Below are positions 8,671 to 19,117 of a DNA stretch of 44,738 nt, in pieces. A program made the position numbers and the translations under genes. The notes beneath the pieces were generated by a model that was not told the DNA's origin, did no database searches, and saw nothing but the letters and a program-made list of their open reading frames with translations. The stretch covers positions 1-44,738 of the forward strand of contig JBPCLO010000038.1 in the NCBI GenBank assembly GCA_051003155.1, written 5' to 3'. The first letter of the stretch is position 1, and every line of letters begins with the position of its first letter. This stretch comes from Fimbriimonadales bacterium. Its GTDB lineage: Bacteria; Armatimonadota; Fimbriimonadia; Fimbriimonadales; ATM1.

Positions 8671-10157
8671 ACGACTTTATAGTGGCGCATCATCCCCATA
8701 TCCTCATGGTCGAGGTTGTGGCAGTGATATAACGACAGGCCGGCATGCGGGCCGAACCTGATCAGCACTTGAACTCGCTCACCGGGCATCAGGACCACGG
8801 TGTCCCTCCATCCCTCGTCCACGTAGCCATCCCGAACCCCATTCCACGCGGACTGGAACTCCGACAGGCAGCTTCTGCGATAGATTTGAAAGAGCGGTCC
8901 GTGGATGTGCATCGGGTGCGTTACGGCTAGGCTGCCGGTCTCGTTCACGAACTCCCAGCATTCGAGCGTGCGGTTTAGAACGACCTCATTTCGAGCGACC
9001 TGCCCCTCTTGGTACGCGTGGCCGTTGACGAACCACCCACCGTCGAAGGAAAACTTGAACGCGCGCGGTTTGTCCGCGTTGACAGACTCGTGATAATTGT
9101 ATCTATCGATGTTCGTGAGCACTCCCGGCAGCGTCAGCGCCTCCGCTTCGCTTCGGTCGATCCGCACTTTCATCACATCGATTGGGCTGCCGTTTTGAGG
9201 GCCCTGCCCCCCTCCGAATCCGACCGAACTGCCCGGGAACCCCAAGCTCTTTAGGGTGAGCGTTGTGCCCACGGGAACTTTACTGAAGTCGGCCCAGAGC
9301 TCGATACGCTGGCCAGGCCCAAGCATGACGTAGGGCTTTTGGACCGGTCTATCTAACAGGCCACCGTCGGTTCCGATCACGTGTAGCGGAAGGCCGTTGC
9401 TCCAGACCAGCTTATAGAGGCGCGCATTCGACCCGTTTATCAGGCGGAGGCGATAAACCCTCGTTGCGGCGGACATTTCGAAGTCGGGCTTTCCGTTGAT
9501 CAGCACTCGGTCGCCGATCGTTCCGATGAACGGGTTAACTCCGTACAGAAACTGGTTATTATCGTCGAATCGTTTGTCTTGGATGATGAGAGGAACGTCG
9601 AACTCGCCTCTCGGCAATGGGAGCGCTTGCTCTTCCCTATCGCTGACGATCAGCGCGCCAGCCATCCCGTAATAGACCTGAAAGCCAGTGAAGTTATCCG
9701 GGTGCGGGTGGTACCAATATGTACCGGCGCGGTTGCCGATCGGGAAGCTGTAGTTGTAGACGCCACCCTGATCGACGGCGTGATTAGGCAAACCGTCGTT
9801 GTGCTCGGAGACGTTGATCCCGTGCCAGTGGATGATGCTCGGATCATACAAGTTGTTGGTCATCAAGCAGCGCACGGTGTCGCCCTTGTTCAAGCGAAGC
9901 GTTGGCGCGAGAAAGGAACCTGGCATGGGCTCGATCTTGTTCGGATCTCCTTCCAGATGACGCACGACCATGCGTTGGACAAACGTTTCCTGCCCAGGAA
10001 GAATGGGCCAGTAGTCGCGCTCGTTGTCGATCGCTATCCCAAGTAGCGGACCGCGTGTTCGCTGACCCCCTTTAGCGGGAAGGATGCCGCCGAGCCCCCC
10101 AGCCATCACACCTGCCGCGCCTATGCTTGCGCGGCGCAAAAACTCTCGTCTATCCAT
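8667..10157 (-). CDS. Multicopper oxidase (CueO/laccase-like), Tat-exported
   Basis: MDRREFLRR twin-arginine signal; copper motifs HWHG, WYHPH, HPMHIHG, HCHNLDHEDMGMM. Confidence 0.93.
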   Translation of the reverse strand: MDRREFLRRASIGAAGVMAGGLGGILPAKGGQRTRGPLLGIAIDNERDYWPILPGQETFVQRMVVRHLEGDPNKIEPMPGSFLAPTLRLNKGDTVRCLMTNNLYDPSIIHWHGINVSEHNDGLPNHAVDQGGVYNYSFPIGNRAGTYWYHPHPDNFTGFQVYYGMAGALIVSDREEQALPLPRGEFDVPLIIQDKRFDDNNQFLYGVNPFIGTIGDRVLINGKPDFEMSAATRVYRLRLINGSNARLYKLVWSNGLPLHVIGTDGGLLDRPVQKPYVMLGPGQRIELWADFSKVPVGTTLTLKSLGFPGSSVGFGGGQGPQNGSPIDVMKVRIDRSEAEALTLPGVLTNIDRYNYHESVNADKPRAFKFSFDGGWFVNGHAYQEGQVARNEVVLNRTLECWEFVNETGSLAVTHPMHIHGPLFQIYRRSCLSEFQSAWNGVRDGYVDEGWRDTVVLMPGERVQVLIRFGPHAGLSLYHCHNLDHEDMGMMRHYKVV

Positions 10158-10303
10158 GTGTTGTTTCTTTGCCTGCCGATACTGACGCCGGCCACCCTGC
10201 AGTATTCAGTCTAACGAACCGCGAAAGTATGACACGAGTTGAATAGTGCGCGCGATTCCTGGTCGATTGCTCCCAATCCAATCCCTACTGGTAACATCCT
10301 GCA

Positions 10304-11538
10304 ATGCGGAGTTTATATCTGCTCGTCCTGCTCGCGGTCGCAAGTTGCGGAGGAGGCGCGACATCGGACACCAGCGATTCGTCCGGCGACGAGAGCGTCC
10401 TGAGGAACCTCTAAGCAAATCTAGCTTGGGCCGGCTGGACTGGGCAGAGCGGTGACGAGGTCGAATGGCGGCTTTCATTCTGGTCAAAAACCGCAGCATG
10501 CTTCCCGTAAAGGACATCGAGGCCGAGGTTTCGATCACCTATGCCGGTGACTCGCAAACATATACGCGTTCGACGAAAATAGATCCCTTAATCGGAAACG
10601 GCAACCTGTCGCAGGGTGTGCTGATGCCGATGCATTCGGCTCGGTTGCACAGGTTCGCGTTCGAGCTTCCGTCCGGCACCGGCGGCGTGACGCAACGTAC
10701 ACGGTGCGGTTGACCAAGGCGTCGCCATTTCTCGACCGAACAGATCTTCACGACCCGATGATCTTATACGCTTTTCTCATGGAGGCAGACCTCGCCGCAG
10801 TGAAGAAGGCATTCGAAGCCGATCGAACTTTGATGGACGTACGCTCGAAAGCCGGGCTCGGCCCGATACATTCGCTTTGACCCAGATGGATCCGAAAATA
10901 GTCAGCTATCTACAGTCATTGGGTGGCGACTTCAAGACCCCCACCGAAAACGGACAATGCGCGTACCACTTTGCCGAGCTGAGCTCGCCCGACATGGTGA
11001 AGTTTGTGCGATCGCAAGGCGTTACGCCGACCCTGTCTCAACCGTCCAAGCGTTCGCCGTACGATTACGCGATCGAAATGGAGATTGGGGAAAGCCTCAA
11101 GGCGCTGATCGAAGCCGGCGTCCCGATGGATACGCAAAACGTGCAAGGGCGAACCCCGATGATGAACGCGGTCTCGAATTCAAACCATCGATGGCGGCAC
11201 TCCTGAAAGCGGGCGGTGCATCGACTATGAAATTCGACGCAAAGAGCGCAGGACTAATCGGTACTGCAATTCAAGTTGAATCGATCAAGGTCCTTGAAAA
11301 AACGCTCACGATCACCGGTACTGTCAACGAAGTGGCCCCAGATGGAACCACACCCATGCACCTCGCGGTCAAAATGCAGCGCCGCGAGCAGGCGGAGTTC
11401 CTCCGTGGACACGGAGCGAAGCTGGACGCACGAGACATATCGGGAAAAACTCCGCTCGACTACGCGAAGGCACTTGGGCATCAGGGCGATCGTGAAATGT
11501 GGGTCGCGTTCTTAACAGGCGAAGGCAAAAGGAGTTAA
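10304..11538 (+). pseudogene. Fragmented ankyrin-repeat lipoprotein gene
   Basis: MRSLYLLVLLAVAS-C lipobox, TAA at 10412, then frame switches near 10460, 10680, 10870 and 11190. These link segments with ankyrin motifs (GLGPIH, SPYDYA, GRTPMMNA, GTTPMHLA, GKTPLDYA). Confidence 0.7.
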
Positions 11539-12497
11539 ACGAGCCCGGCGCGGACAAGATCCTTAAGCATGACGAGTCCAACCACGCGGCCATCTTGAAC
11601 GACCGGCACTTCTCCGATCTTTTTGGGATGATTCTCGAACAGTTCCAGGGCTTCGATGGCGAGCATGTCGGGCCCTATGCTCATAGGGCTCGGGGTCATC
11701 ACTTCGGACGCCGCAGCTTCCATCACCGACGCACCTTCCGTAACAAGGTGACGACGAACGTCCCCGTCCGCGATAAGCCCGAGCAGGGCGCCATCGCCAT
11801 CGACGACGCAGGCTGCACCCGCCCCCGCCTTCGTGATGGCCGTTAGAACCTCGATGAAGGTGCAGTCGGGTGCGACCAGCGGCACGTCAGCGCCCTTGCG
11901 CATCGCGTCCGAGACGCGCATGAGTAGCCTGCGCCCCAAGGACCCGCTCGGATGAACGAGTGCGTAGTCGCTCGGTGAAAACCTGCGCTCATTCATCACC
12001 GTGAGCGCCAAAGCGTCCGACAGAGCCAGCATGACGGTCGTGCTTGTGGTGGGAGCAAGGTTGTGGGGACACGCCTCTCGCTCGACGCCGACATCGAGCG
12101 CCAAGTCGGCCTCTTTTGCAGCTGTGCTGCCGGGCTTTGCGGTGATGATGATCGTTTTCACATCCATTTGGCGAAGTGCCGGGAACAGTCGGAGCACTTC
12201 TTCGGTTTCGCCGCTTTTGGAAAACAAGACGATTAGGTCGTCCTTCCCGACCATCCCAAGATCTCCGTGGACCGCGTCGGCCGGATGCAAAAAGAAGCTG
12301 GGTGTTCCCGTGCTCGAAAGCGTGCTGCTAAATTTCTTTGCGATATCGCCTGCCTTGCCAATTCCTGAAGCGACGACCCTTCCCTTGCAATTCAATAAGA
12401 GCTTCGCTGCCGAAGAGAAGGGAGGGCCCAATCGATCGGCGAGCGCAGCGATGGCCCTAGCCTCCTGAAGAAGCGTGTCGCGCATCACATCCAGCAT
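11535..12497 (-). CDS. kdsD: KpsF/GutQ arabinose-5-phosphate isomerase (SIS + CBS)
   Basis: GIGKAG, STGTPSFFLHPADAVHGDLGM, EACPHNLAPTTST, HPSGSLG, and a CBS pair. Confidence 0.92.
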   Translation of the reverse strand: MLDVMRDTLLQEARAIAALADRLGPPFSSAAKLLLNCKGRVVASGIGKAGDIAKKFSSTLSSTGTPSFFLHPADAVHGDLGMVGKDDLIVLFSKSGETEEVLRLFPALRQMDVKTIIITAKPGSTAAKEADLALDVGVEREACPHNLAPTTSTTVMLALSDALALTVMNERRFSPSDYALVHPSGSLGRRLLMRVSDAMRKGADVPLVAPDCTFIEVLTAITKAGAGAACVVDGDGALLGLIADGDVRRHLVTEGASVMEAAASEVMTPSPMSIGPDMLAIEALELFENHPKKIGEVPVVQDGRVVGLVMLKDLVRAGLV

Positions 12498-12539
12498 CGG
12501 AGGAAGGATACCCGCCGCCTTGGGCGGTAAGATTCCGCA

Positions 12540-13952
12540 ATGGAATCAGCCCCGAAGCCCCCCGCCGTGCAGCGCGCCCAAGATTGGCTCGAAGCCCACG
12601 AATCGGATCTCATCGAAGACCTACGAACGATGTTGCGTATCGAAAGCCTCGAAGAACCATTCGAACCGGATGCGCCCTTCGGCAAGGGATGCCGAGAAGC
12701 CCTCGATTTCGCGCTCAGGCTGGGCGAGAGCTGGGGGATGCGAACACGAGACGTCGAAGGGTACGCGGGGCACGCAGAATTCGGTGAATCGAACAAGCTC
12801 ATTATGGCGCTGGGGCATCTCGATGTTGTCCCGGTGGGCGACGGATGGAAACATGCGCCCTTTGGCGCTGAGATCGATGGAGGCTACATTTACGCCCGCG
12901 GAGCGGAAGACGACAAGGGCCCCACGATGGCAGCATTCTATGCTGCACGCGCCCTAAAGGAAACGGGGGCCGAACTTCCCGCACGCATTCGCGTAGTCTT
13001 CGGGTGCAACGAGGAGAGCGGATTTGCCTGCGTTAAGAAGTACTTCTCCGTCGAAGAATCGCCTACGTTTGGGATTGCTCCTGACTCTGGCTGGCCCCTC
13101 TACCACGCCGAAAAAGGTATCGCCAATATCATCCTCAGGGGTGTTTCCCCTCAGGGACCACTAAGGCTTGTTTCGCTAGTGGGTGGACAGCGCCCGAACA
13201 TCGTCATCGATAAGGCCGAGGCTGTCATCGAGGCCGCACCGCAGCTGTTGGAAGCCACACGCTCCGCAGCGGACGAATACTGGGACAAGAACGTTACGTT
13301 CTCGTTCGATGGGGGGCGCTGCACAATTTCGGCGCTGGGGAGGGCTGCCCACGGCAGCACACCCTTCGCGGGTGACAGCGCAGCCGTGCGAATTCTGCGT
13401 GCAATCGCCGAGTTGGCACCCCCGGAACAGTCGAAGGAGTACTCGCTGCTGCTCCTGCTTGGACATCCGAGCGGCGTTGGGCTCGGTATCCACGGAGAAG
13501 ACGACGTGAGCCAAGATCTAACCTCCAACATTGGCATCGTCGAGACCGAGAACGAACAAATCACGTTCACGGTGAACGTCCGTTATCCGGTTACATGGAC
13601 TGGCTCCCGAGTCCGGGAAGCGTGCGAGCGGTACCTCGTGAAAGAGCTTCCAAGCTTCGAAATGGTCGCATTCGACGATAGTCCGCCGCTCTATTTTCCC
13701 ATCGATCGAGAGCCTGTCACAACCCTCGTTGATATCTACCGTCAGGAGACGGGAGACGACACTCCTCCGGGAGTTATGGGGGGAGGCACCTACGCACGCG
13801 CCGTTCCGAACACAGTTAGCGTTGGGACCGGATGGGACGGAGATGGGCCTGCACACCAGAACGACGAGCGCATCCACGTTTCCCACCCCCTCAAGATGGC
13901 GAAAATTTACGCGCACATGCTCTACGGATTGGCTCAGGCTGCCAGCAAATAG
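12540..13952 (+). CDS. pepV: M20 family Sapep/PepV-like dipeptidase
   Basis: GHLDVVP, ARGAEDDKGP, CNEESG, AEKG, GGGTYAR, AHQNDE. Confidence 0.9.
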   Translation: MESAPKPPAVQRAQDWLEAHESDLIEDLRTMLRIESLEEPFEPDAPFGKGCREALDFALRLGESWGMRTRDVEGYAGHAEFGESNKLIMALGHLDVVPVGDGWKHAPFGAEIDGGYIYARGAEDDKGPTMAAFYAARALKETGAELPARIRVVFGCNEESGFACVKKYFSVEESPTFGIAPDSGWPLYHAEKGIANIILRGVSPQGPLRLVSLVGGQRPNIVIDKAEAVIEAAPQLLEATRSAADEYWDKNVTFSFDGGRCTISALGRAAHGSTPFAGDSAAVRILRAIAELAPPEQSKEYSLLLLLGHPSGVGLGIHGEDDVSQDLTSNIGIVETENEQITFTVNVRYPVTWTGSRVREACERYLVKELPSFEMVAFDDSPPLYFPIDREPVTTLVDIYRQETGDDTPPGVMGGGTYARAVPNTVSVGTGWDGDGPAHQNDERIHVSHPLKMAKIYAHMLYGLAQAASK

Positions 13953-14650
13953 CCGGCGAACGCCGCGGCAGTCGTCGATATCAGATTGACAGCATTGTTG
14001 TCGATCCATCGCCAGCCGCGGGTCAGTTTCCCGATCGGCCGCTCACGTTCCCTGCCCTCATCGTCCGTGTACACGGCTTGCACGAGATCGCCCAAGAGGC
14101 TATCCAAAAGACAGGCGGTAAAGCCCACCACTGTTAGAGCGGGCAGCATGCTTGCCAGGTCGAGCAGCGGCGCAGCCGATGCGACCGCGGCCGATCCGAT
14201 GAACGCCGCAAGCAGACCCCAATTGGAGACCACGCCGCTCCTGCCCCCTTCCGCAGGCTCGAGGTTCGAGATTCTGAACGGATTTCTCCCGAATCTGGTG
14301 CCCAGTTCGGTTGCCCAAGTATCAGCATTGGCCGCGCACATGCTTGCCAGGAACGCAGCAGGAAGCCCCGGGTCTGGTGCGACCGTGTAGAGAATTGCGC
14401 AGACTGTACTGGGTCCGCCATTCGAGATAACCTGTTTCGCGTTCCTCGGGCCCGTCTCGGATTGCCCGGGTTTTCCTCCCATTCTGCTGAGCCTTGCGCT
14501 GGTGACGAAGAAGATTAGTAACGGAGCGGCCCAAGCCCAGCCGCCAGCTTGCCAGACTGCCGCGCCAACGATTGCGGCCGTGATGCTGCCACCGAAGGTT
14601 AGCAGCCCCAAGGTCCAGCAAAGCAAACCCGCAGCAACCGCAAGAAGCAT
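13934..14650 (-). CDS. DUF92 (TMEM19-like) membrane protein
   Basis: RNAKQVISNG, ANADTWATELG, G.SGVVS..G, DSLLG, DNNAVNL. Confidence 0.88.
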   Translation of the reverse strand: MLLAVAAGLLCWTLGLLTFGGSITAAIVGAAVWQAGGWAWAAPLLIFFVTSARLSRMGGKPGQSETGPRNAKQVISNGGPSTVCAILYTVAPDPGLPAAFLASMCAANADTWATELGTRFGRNPFRISNLEPAEGGRSGVVSNWGLLAAFIGSAAVASAAPLLDLASMLPALTVVGFTACLLDSLLGDLVQAVYTDDEGRERERPIGKLTRGWRWIDNNAVNLISTTAAAFAGYLLAA

Positions 14651-14761
14651 TCGACATCATTTTACGTCCAGGTGAACGTTCCCGGTTCTGGCCGCCGTCC
14701 TCTAAACTACGACGCAGGCGCTATCCCCCGAAAGTCATGCCCCTGCATATGAGGAGAGGTT

Positions 14762-16723
14762 ATGATTCACAAGTCACAAATACCGCTTGCCATCCTGGCC
14801 GCGCTCGTTTCAAGCGCCGTCGCTCAGGAAGCGCCAACGCAGATAAAGCCCTTCAGAACTTTGCAATTCAAGGCAGTCAGCGAAGACACCGCGATCTACT
14901 CGCCACAAATACAAGACGCCTACGTGTTTCATCCATTGAGGCCCGAAAACCCGATCGAGGTCGGTGCCGAGGCGGGGACAGCGAACGGCCTTTTGGCAGG
15001 TCAGGTTCGGGACATCGCTCGCGGCAGCGCAGGCCCGACGTTTCCTGCCATCGGCGCCACCGGTTGGACACCGCCCGATCCGGATCTAGCCGTAGGACCG
15101 AATCAAATCGTCGCGGTCGTTAATTCAAGTTTGGCATTCTTCAACAAGGATGGCACCAGGACCTTCATGCAGACCTCGCAGACCTTCTTCTCGGGCCTTG
15201 GCGCCGGGAACTTCCTATTCGATCCCAAGTGCTTTTACGATCGTGTCCACAACCGGTTCGTGGTCGTTTACCTGGAGCAGGATAACTCGCCGCAGATCAG
15301 CAAGGTGCTGGTCGCCGTTTCAGACGACAATAATCCGGCGGGAACGTGGCATAAGTATCGGTTCGAAGCAAAGCTGGTCACGGGCGGCTCGAGTTACTGG
15401 ATCGATTACCCAGGCGTGGGCTATAACAAGGACGCGTTCGTCGTTTGCGGAAACATGTTTAGCTTCGGCAGCGGCTTCGCCGGCGTTCAGTTCTTGTTAA
15501 TTCCCAGCGCTCCGCTGCTCACCGGAGGCACGGCGACGGTCCGATATTTGCGGGATGCAAACAGCGCCTCTGCCCAAATCGCCGAGACCATCGACGCCTC
15601 ACACGACAAGATATTTGCAGCGAGGCGTGATACGACAACCTCGATCGGCGTTTATGCTTTGCGCGATCTCACTTCGATGAACCCGATTATCACTGAAACT
15701 ACGGTAGCCGTTCCGGCCGGCAATCCGCCACAGATCAACGCCTCGAGCACGAACGGCACACAGCTCGACTCCCTCGACGGCCGCATTTTCAACGCGTCGT
15801 GGCGGGGCGGCAAGCTTGTCGCCGCGCACACGATTCAGGTCGGCTCATTCTTGCGCGTGCGCTGGTACCAGTTCAGTACAAACACCTGGCCCACTTCCGG
15901 CGCGCCGACGCTCGATATGGCCGGCGACGTCGGAGCAACCTCTGTTCACCACCACATGGGTGTTGCCAACATCAACTCCGTCGGCGATGTTTCCGTTATC
16001 TTTACGCGAAGCAGCACCGGCATAACCGCCGACATCATGCGCGCAGGAAGGTTCGTCGGTGACCCGGTCGGAACGATGGGCACGCCGGTGAATTTGGAGG
16101 GCAGTTCCGGTAACCGGTACACGGGCGGCCGATGGGGTGATTACTTTGGGATCGATGTGGACCCCGTCGATGACACCACCTTTTGGGGCATCGGTATGGG
16201 CGTCGCAGCGAACAATGATTGGCGCACCTCGATCTTCAGTTGGACCATCAGCTCTCCGGGCACAGTCGTCACGCCTTCGTCACTCACGATGGACCGCGGA
16301 ACAATCATCTCGGGCGCCGTTGGCGATCTAGCGATCAGCGACGACGCTCGCGTTGGGATGCGCCCGGCTCCCGTTTTTGCGACCACCGAGTACGCGATCA
16401 GAGCGCTGATCGATGGCGTATCGTCAGACCTTACGCCGAGCCAGCTGAAGGTGCTCGTCGAATCACAGGCGAGCACGGGCGGCATCGAACAGCGTGTGGA
16501 ACTGTTTGTCCACGGAACCGGGGTCTGGGAAGAGGTCGATCGGCGACTTTCGACCGTCGGCTCCGACAGCTCTTTCGAGGTTACTATATCCACGAATCCG
16601 GAGCGATTCATCGATGCCGCCGGCAGCATCAGGGCGCGGCTTTCGTATCGGGCGACCGGGGCGATGTTCATTTACCCGTGGGTCCCGAGCGTCGACCGGT
16701 TCGTGTGGACGATCGTCCCTTAG
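14762..16723 (+). CDS. Secreted beta-rich protein (PPD...AVG / DP...YD / RWGDY family) with shared C-terminal domain
   Basis: SD GAGGAG; signal peptide ending AVA-Q; PPDPDLAVGPNQIV, FDPKCFYD, DYP, RWGDY; C-terminal ~150 aa homologous to 3..896. Confidence 0.8.
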   Translation: MIHKSQIPLAILAALVSSAVAQEAPTQIKPFRTLQFKAVSEDTAIYSPQIQDAYVFHPLRPENPIEVGAEAGTANGLLAGQVRDIARGSAGPTFPAIGATGWTPPDPDLAVGPNQIVAVVNSSLAFFNKDGTRTFMQTSQTFFSGLGAGNFLFDPKCFYDRVHNRFVVVYLEQDNSPQISKVLVAVSDDNNPAGTWHKYRFEAKLVTGGSSYWIDYPGVGYNKDAFVVCGNMFSFGSGFAGVQFLLIPSAPLLTGGTATVRYLRDANSASAQIAETIDASHDKIFAARRDTTTSIGVYALRDLTSMNPIITETTVAVPAGNPPQINASSTNGTQLDSLDGRIFNASWRGGKLVAAHTIQVGSFLRVRWYQFSTNTWPTSGAPTLDMAGDVGATSVHHHMGVANINSVGDVSVIFTRSSTGITADIMRAGRFVGDPVGTMGTPVNLEGSSGNRYTGGRWGDYFGIDVDPVDDTTFWGIGMGVAANNDWRTSIFSWTISSPGTVVTPSSLTMDRGTIISGAVGDLAISDDARVGMRPAPVFATTEYAIRALIDGVSSDLTPSQLKVLVESQASTGGIEQRVELFVHGTGVWEEVDRRLSTVGSDSSFEVTISTNPERFIDAAGSIRARLSYRATGAMFIYPWVPSVDRFVWTIVP

Positions 16724-16790
16724 AGCCTCGATTCCGATAATAGACGGTCCTCGCCAAGTATGGATGAGGACCGTTATCCTTTTGGATTCT

Positions 16791-18104
16791 CTAACGGAAG
16801 AAGTCAAAGCTTTCCAGGCGATCGCGAATCGCCTTAAGGAACCTGCCCGCGAGCATGCCGTCCACGACCCGGTGGTCGTAGCTGAGCACGAGGTGCATGA
16901 GCGGTTTGATTCCGAACATTCCCTCTTTAGCGATAACGGTCTCTTGAATCGCGTATGTACCTAGGATGCCCGCCTGTCCAGGGGCGATCATCGGCGTTCC
17001 AAACAGCGCACCGTACGTACCAGGGTTCGTCAGCGTGAAGGTACCACCTTGGTAATCTGCGATCTCGAGTTTGCTCTCGCGCGCCTTCTTTGCGATGCCT
17101 TCTAGGTCCTTCGCAATTTCGATGAGGTTCTTCTTATGGCAGTCGCGAATAACGGGCACTACGAGGCCCTGACTACCATCCCCCAACGCGACGGCGATTC
17201 CCATATGCACTGCGTGGTTCACGGTTAGCTTGTCGTGGTCGCCAAGTGAACTGTTCACGTAGGGCGTTTCGATCAACGCTTCAGTGGCGGCTTTGATAAA
17301 GAACGGCGTGTACGTCAGCTTCACGCCGTACATCTGCTGGAAAGTGTCCCTGTTAGCCTTTCGGAACTCGACAAGCTTCGAAACGTCCACCTGAGTCATC
17401 GTGGTTACCGCAGGGATCGCGTGTGCCCGCGTCATTGCTTCGGAAATGGCTTTGCGCATCCCGACGAGCGTGATGTTCTCCTGCACTGGACCGGCGACTC
17501 CGGGCTCTGCCGGCTTGAATTCCTGCGTGGGCACCATGGGTTGCGGCGCCGCCGACTGGGGCGAACCCTGGGGCGCTCGGCCGCCCGCGATGTAAGCTTT
17601 GAGGTCTTTCTTGGTAACCCTGCCCCCTTCCCCGCTGCCTTCGATCGCCGCCAGCTCTGCGTCCGAAACCCCCCGCTCTTTTGCCATGGAGCGAACCAGT
17701 GGCGTGTACCAGCGACGGCTCCCGTTTTCGGAGACCGGCATCGGTATCGTCGCCGGAGCGGCGGGCTCAGGTGGCGAAGCAGGGGGCTCGGCCGCGAGCG
17801 TCCCTTCGGCGGCCTTTTCGACGGGCGCGGACTTCGGTGCATTCGCGGAAGCGGCGGCCTCGGCCGCATCATCGATAAGTCCGAGCGGCTCGAAAACTCT
17901 TACGTTGTCACCTTCTCCAATAAGTATCTTGACCAGGACACCCGATGCCGGAGCCTGGAGTTCGGTGTTGACCTTGTCGGTCATGATCTCGACGACCGCT
18001 TCGTCTTCCCTGACGGTCTCGCCGACGTTTTTCAGCCAGCGGCTTACTGTGCCCTCGTGGACGCTTTCTCCCAATTCGGGCATCAGAATCTCTGTCGTCG
18101 CCAT
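16791..18104 (-). CDS. 2-oxoacid dehydrogenase E2 (dihydrolipoamide acyltransferase)
   Basis: Lipoyl domain (EIMTDKV), E3-binding domain (GSGEGGRVTKKD), catalytic SYDHRVVDG. Confidence 0.93.
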   Translation of the reverse strand: MATTEILMPELGESVHEGTVSRWLKNVGETVREDEAVVEIMTDKVNTELQAPASGVLVKILIGEGDNVRVFEPLGLIDDAAEAAASANAPKSAPVEKAAEGTLAAEPPASPPEPAAPATIPMPVSENGSRRWYTPLVRSMAKERGVSDAELAAIEGSGEGGRVTKKDLKAYIAGGRAPQGSPQSAAPQPMVPTQEFKPAEPGVAGPVQENITLVGMRKAISEAMTRAHAIPAVTTMTQVDVSKLVEFRKANRDTFQQMYGVKLTYTPFFIKAATEALIETPYVNSSLGDHDKLTVNHAVHMGIAVALGDGSQGLVVPVIRDCHKKNLIEIAKDLEGIAKKARESKLEIADYQGGTFTLTNPGTYGALFGTPMIAPGQAGILGTYAIQETVIAKEGMFGIKPLMHLVLSYDHRVVDGMLAGRFLKAIRDRLESFDFFR

Positions 18105-18106
18105 AG

Positions 18107-19117
18107 CTAGAACTTGACCACCTTCGTCGCGGCCTGAACGATATCATCCACGCTGGGAAGCACGTGTAGCTCCAGGGGCTTAACCCAAGGTACGGGCGTG
18201 TCTTCACGCGTGACCCGCAACGGGGGAGCGTCGAGGAGTTCGAATCCTGCCTCGTTGATTCGAGCAACTATTTCACCAGCAAACCCGCAGGTGCGGCTCG
18301 CTTCGTTTACGACGACCACTCGGTGCGTCTTCGCAAGCGAGGCCAGGATCGCTTCTTCGTCCAGGGGAACCAGCGTGCGTATGTCGATGATCTCCGCCTG
18401 GATGCCCTGCTCGGCGAGCTTGTCGGCAGCCTCGAGACAGAAGTAAACCGGATTGCCGTAACTCACGAGGGTGACGTCGCCTCCCTCACGGCGCACCGAA
18501 GCCTTCCCGAGCGGAACCAAATAATCTTCTTCGGGGAACACCTCCTCGATCTCGCGTTTCCGATAGAGCTCTTTGACCTCGTAGAAAATGACCGGGTTAG
18601 GATCGCGAAGAGCGGATTTCAAGAGACCTTTCGCATCGAGCGGCGTACTCGGCACAACCACTTTCAGGCCAGGCGAGTGCGCGAACCACGATTCGTTCTG
18701 CTGGCTGTGATACGGCCCACCTCCGCCATAGCCTCCGCTGGGGCCACGAATGACGATTGGCAAAGAAACGTCGCCGGCGGTGCGATAGTGCATGGTGGCG
18801 GCGTTGTTTACGATCTGGTCGAAACCGCAAGAAATGAAGTCGATGAACTGCATCTCGACCATGACCGGGCGGCCCATCATAGCCATGCCAATAGCGGAGC
18901 CGACGATGGCGGCCTCGCTGATCGGCGCATCGATCACACGCTGAGGGCCGAAGTCGGCCTGCAAACCCTCGGTCACGCCGAAGGCGCCGCCAAGAATGCC
19001 GATGTCCTCGCCGATACAGACCATCCGTTCGTTGCGTAGCATCTCTTCGCGGATGGCTTCTTTCAGGCCCGTCAGAAGGTTCTTGGCTACCGTTCCCTTC
19101 TCGGCGACCGCGCTCAC
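18107..19117 (-). CDS. 2-oxoacid dehydrogenase E1 beta subunit
   Basis: GEDIG..GGAFGVTEGL, DAPISE, EMQFIDF, YHSQ, PGLKVV. GTG start overlaps the E1-alpha TGA. Confidence 0.92.
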   Translation of the reverse strand: MSAVAEKGTVAKNLLTGLKEAIREEMLRNERMVCIGEDIGILGGAFGVTEGLQADFGPQRVIDAPISEAAIVGSAIGMAMMGRPVMVEMQFIDFISCGFDQIVNNAATMHYRTAGDVSLPIVIRGPSGGYGGGGPYHSQQNESWFAHSPGLKVVVPSTPLDAKGLLKSALRDPNPVIFYEVKELYRKREIEEVFPEEDYLVPLGKASVRREGGDVTLVSYGNPVYFCLEAADKLAEQGIQAEIIDIRTLVPLDEEAILASLAKTHRVVVVNEASRTCGFAGEIVARINEAGFELLDAPPLRVTREDTPVPWVKPLELHVLPSVDDIVQAATKVVKF

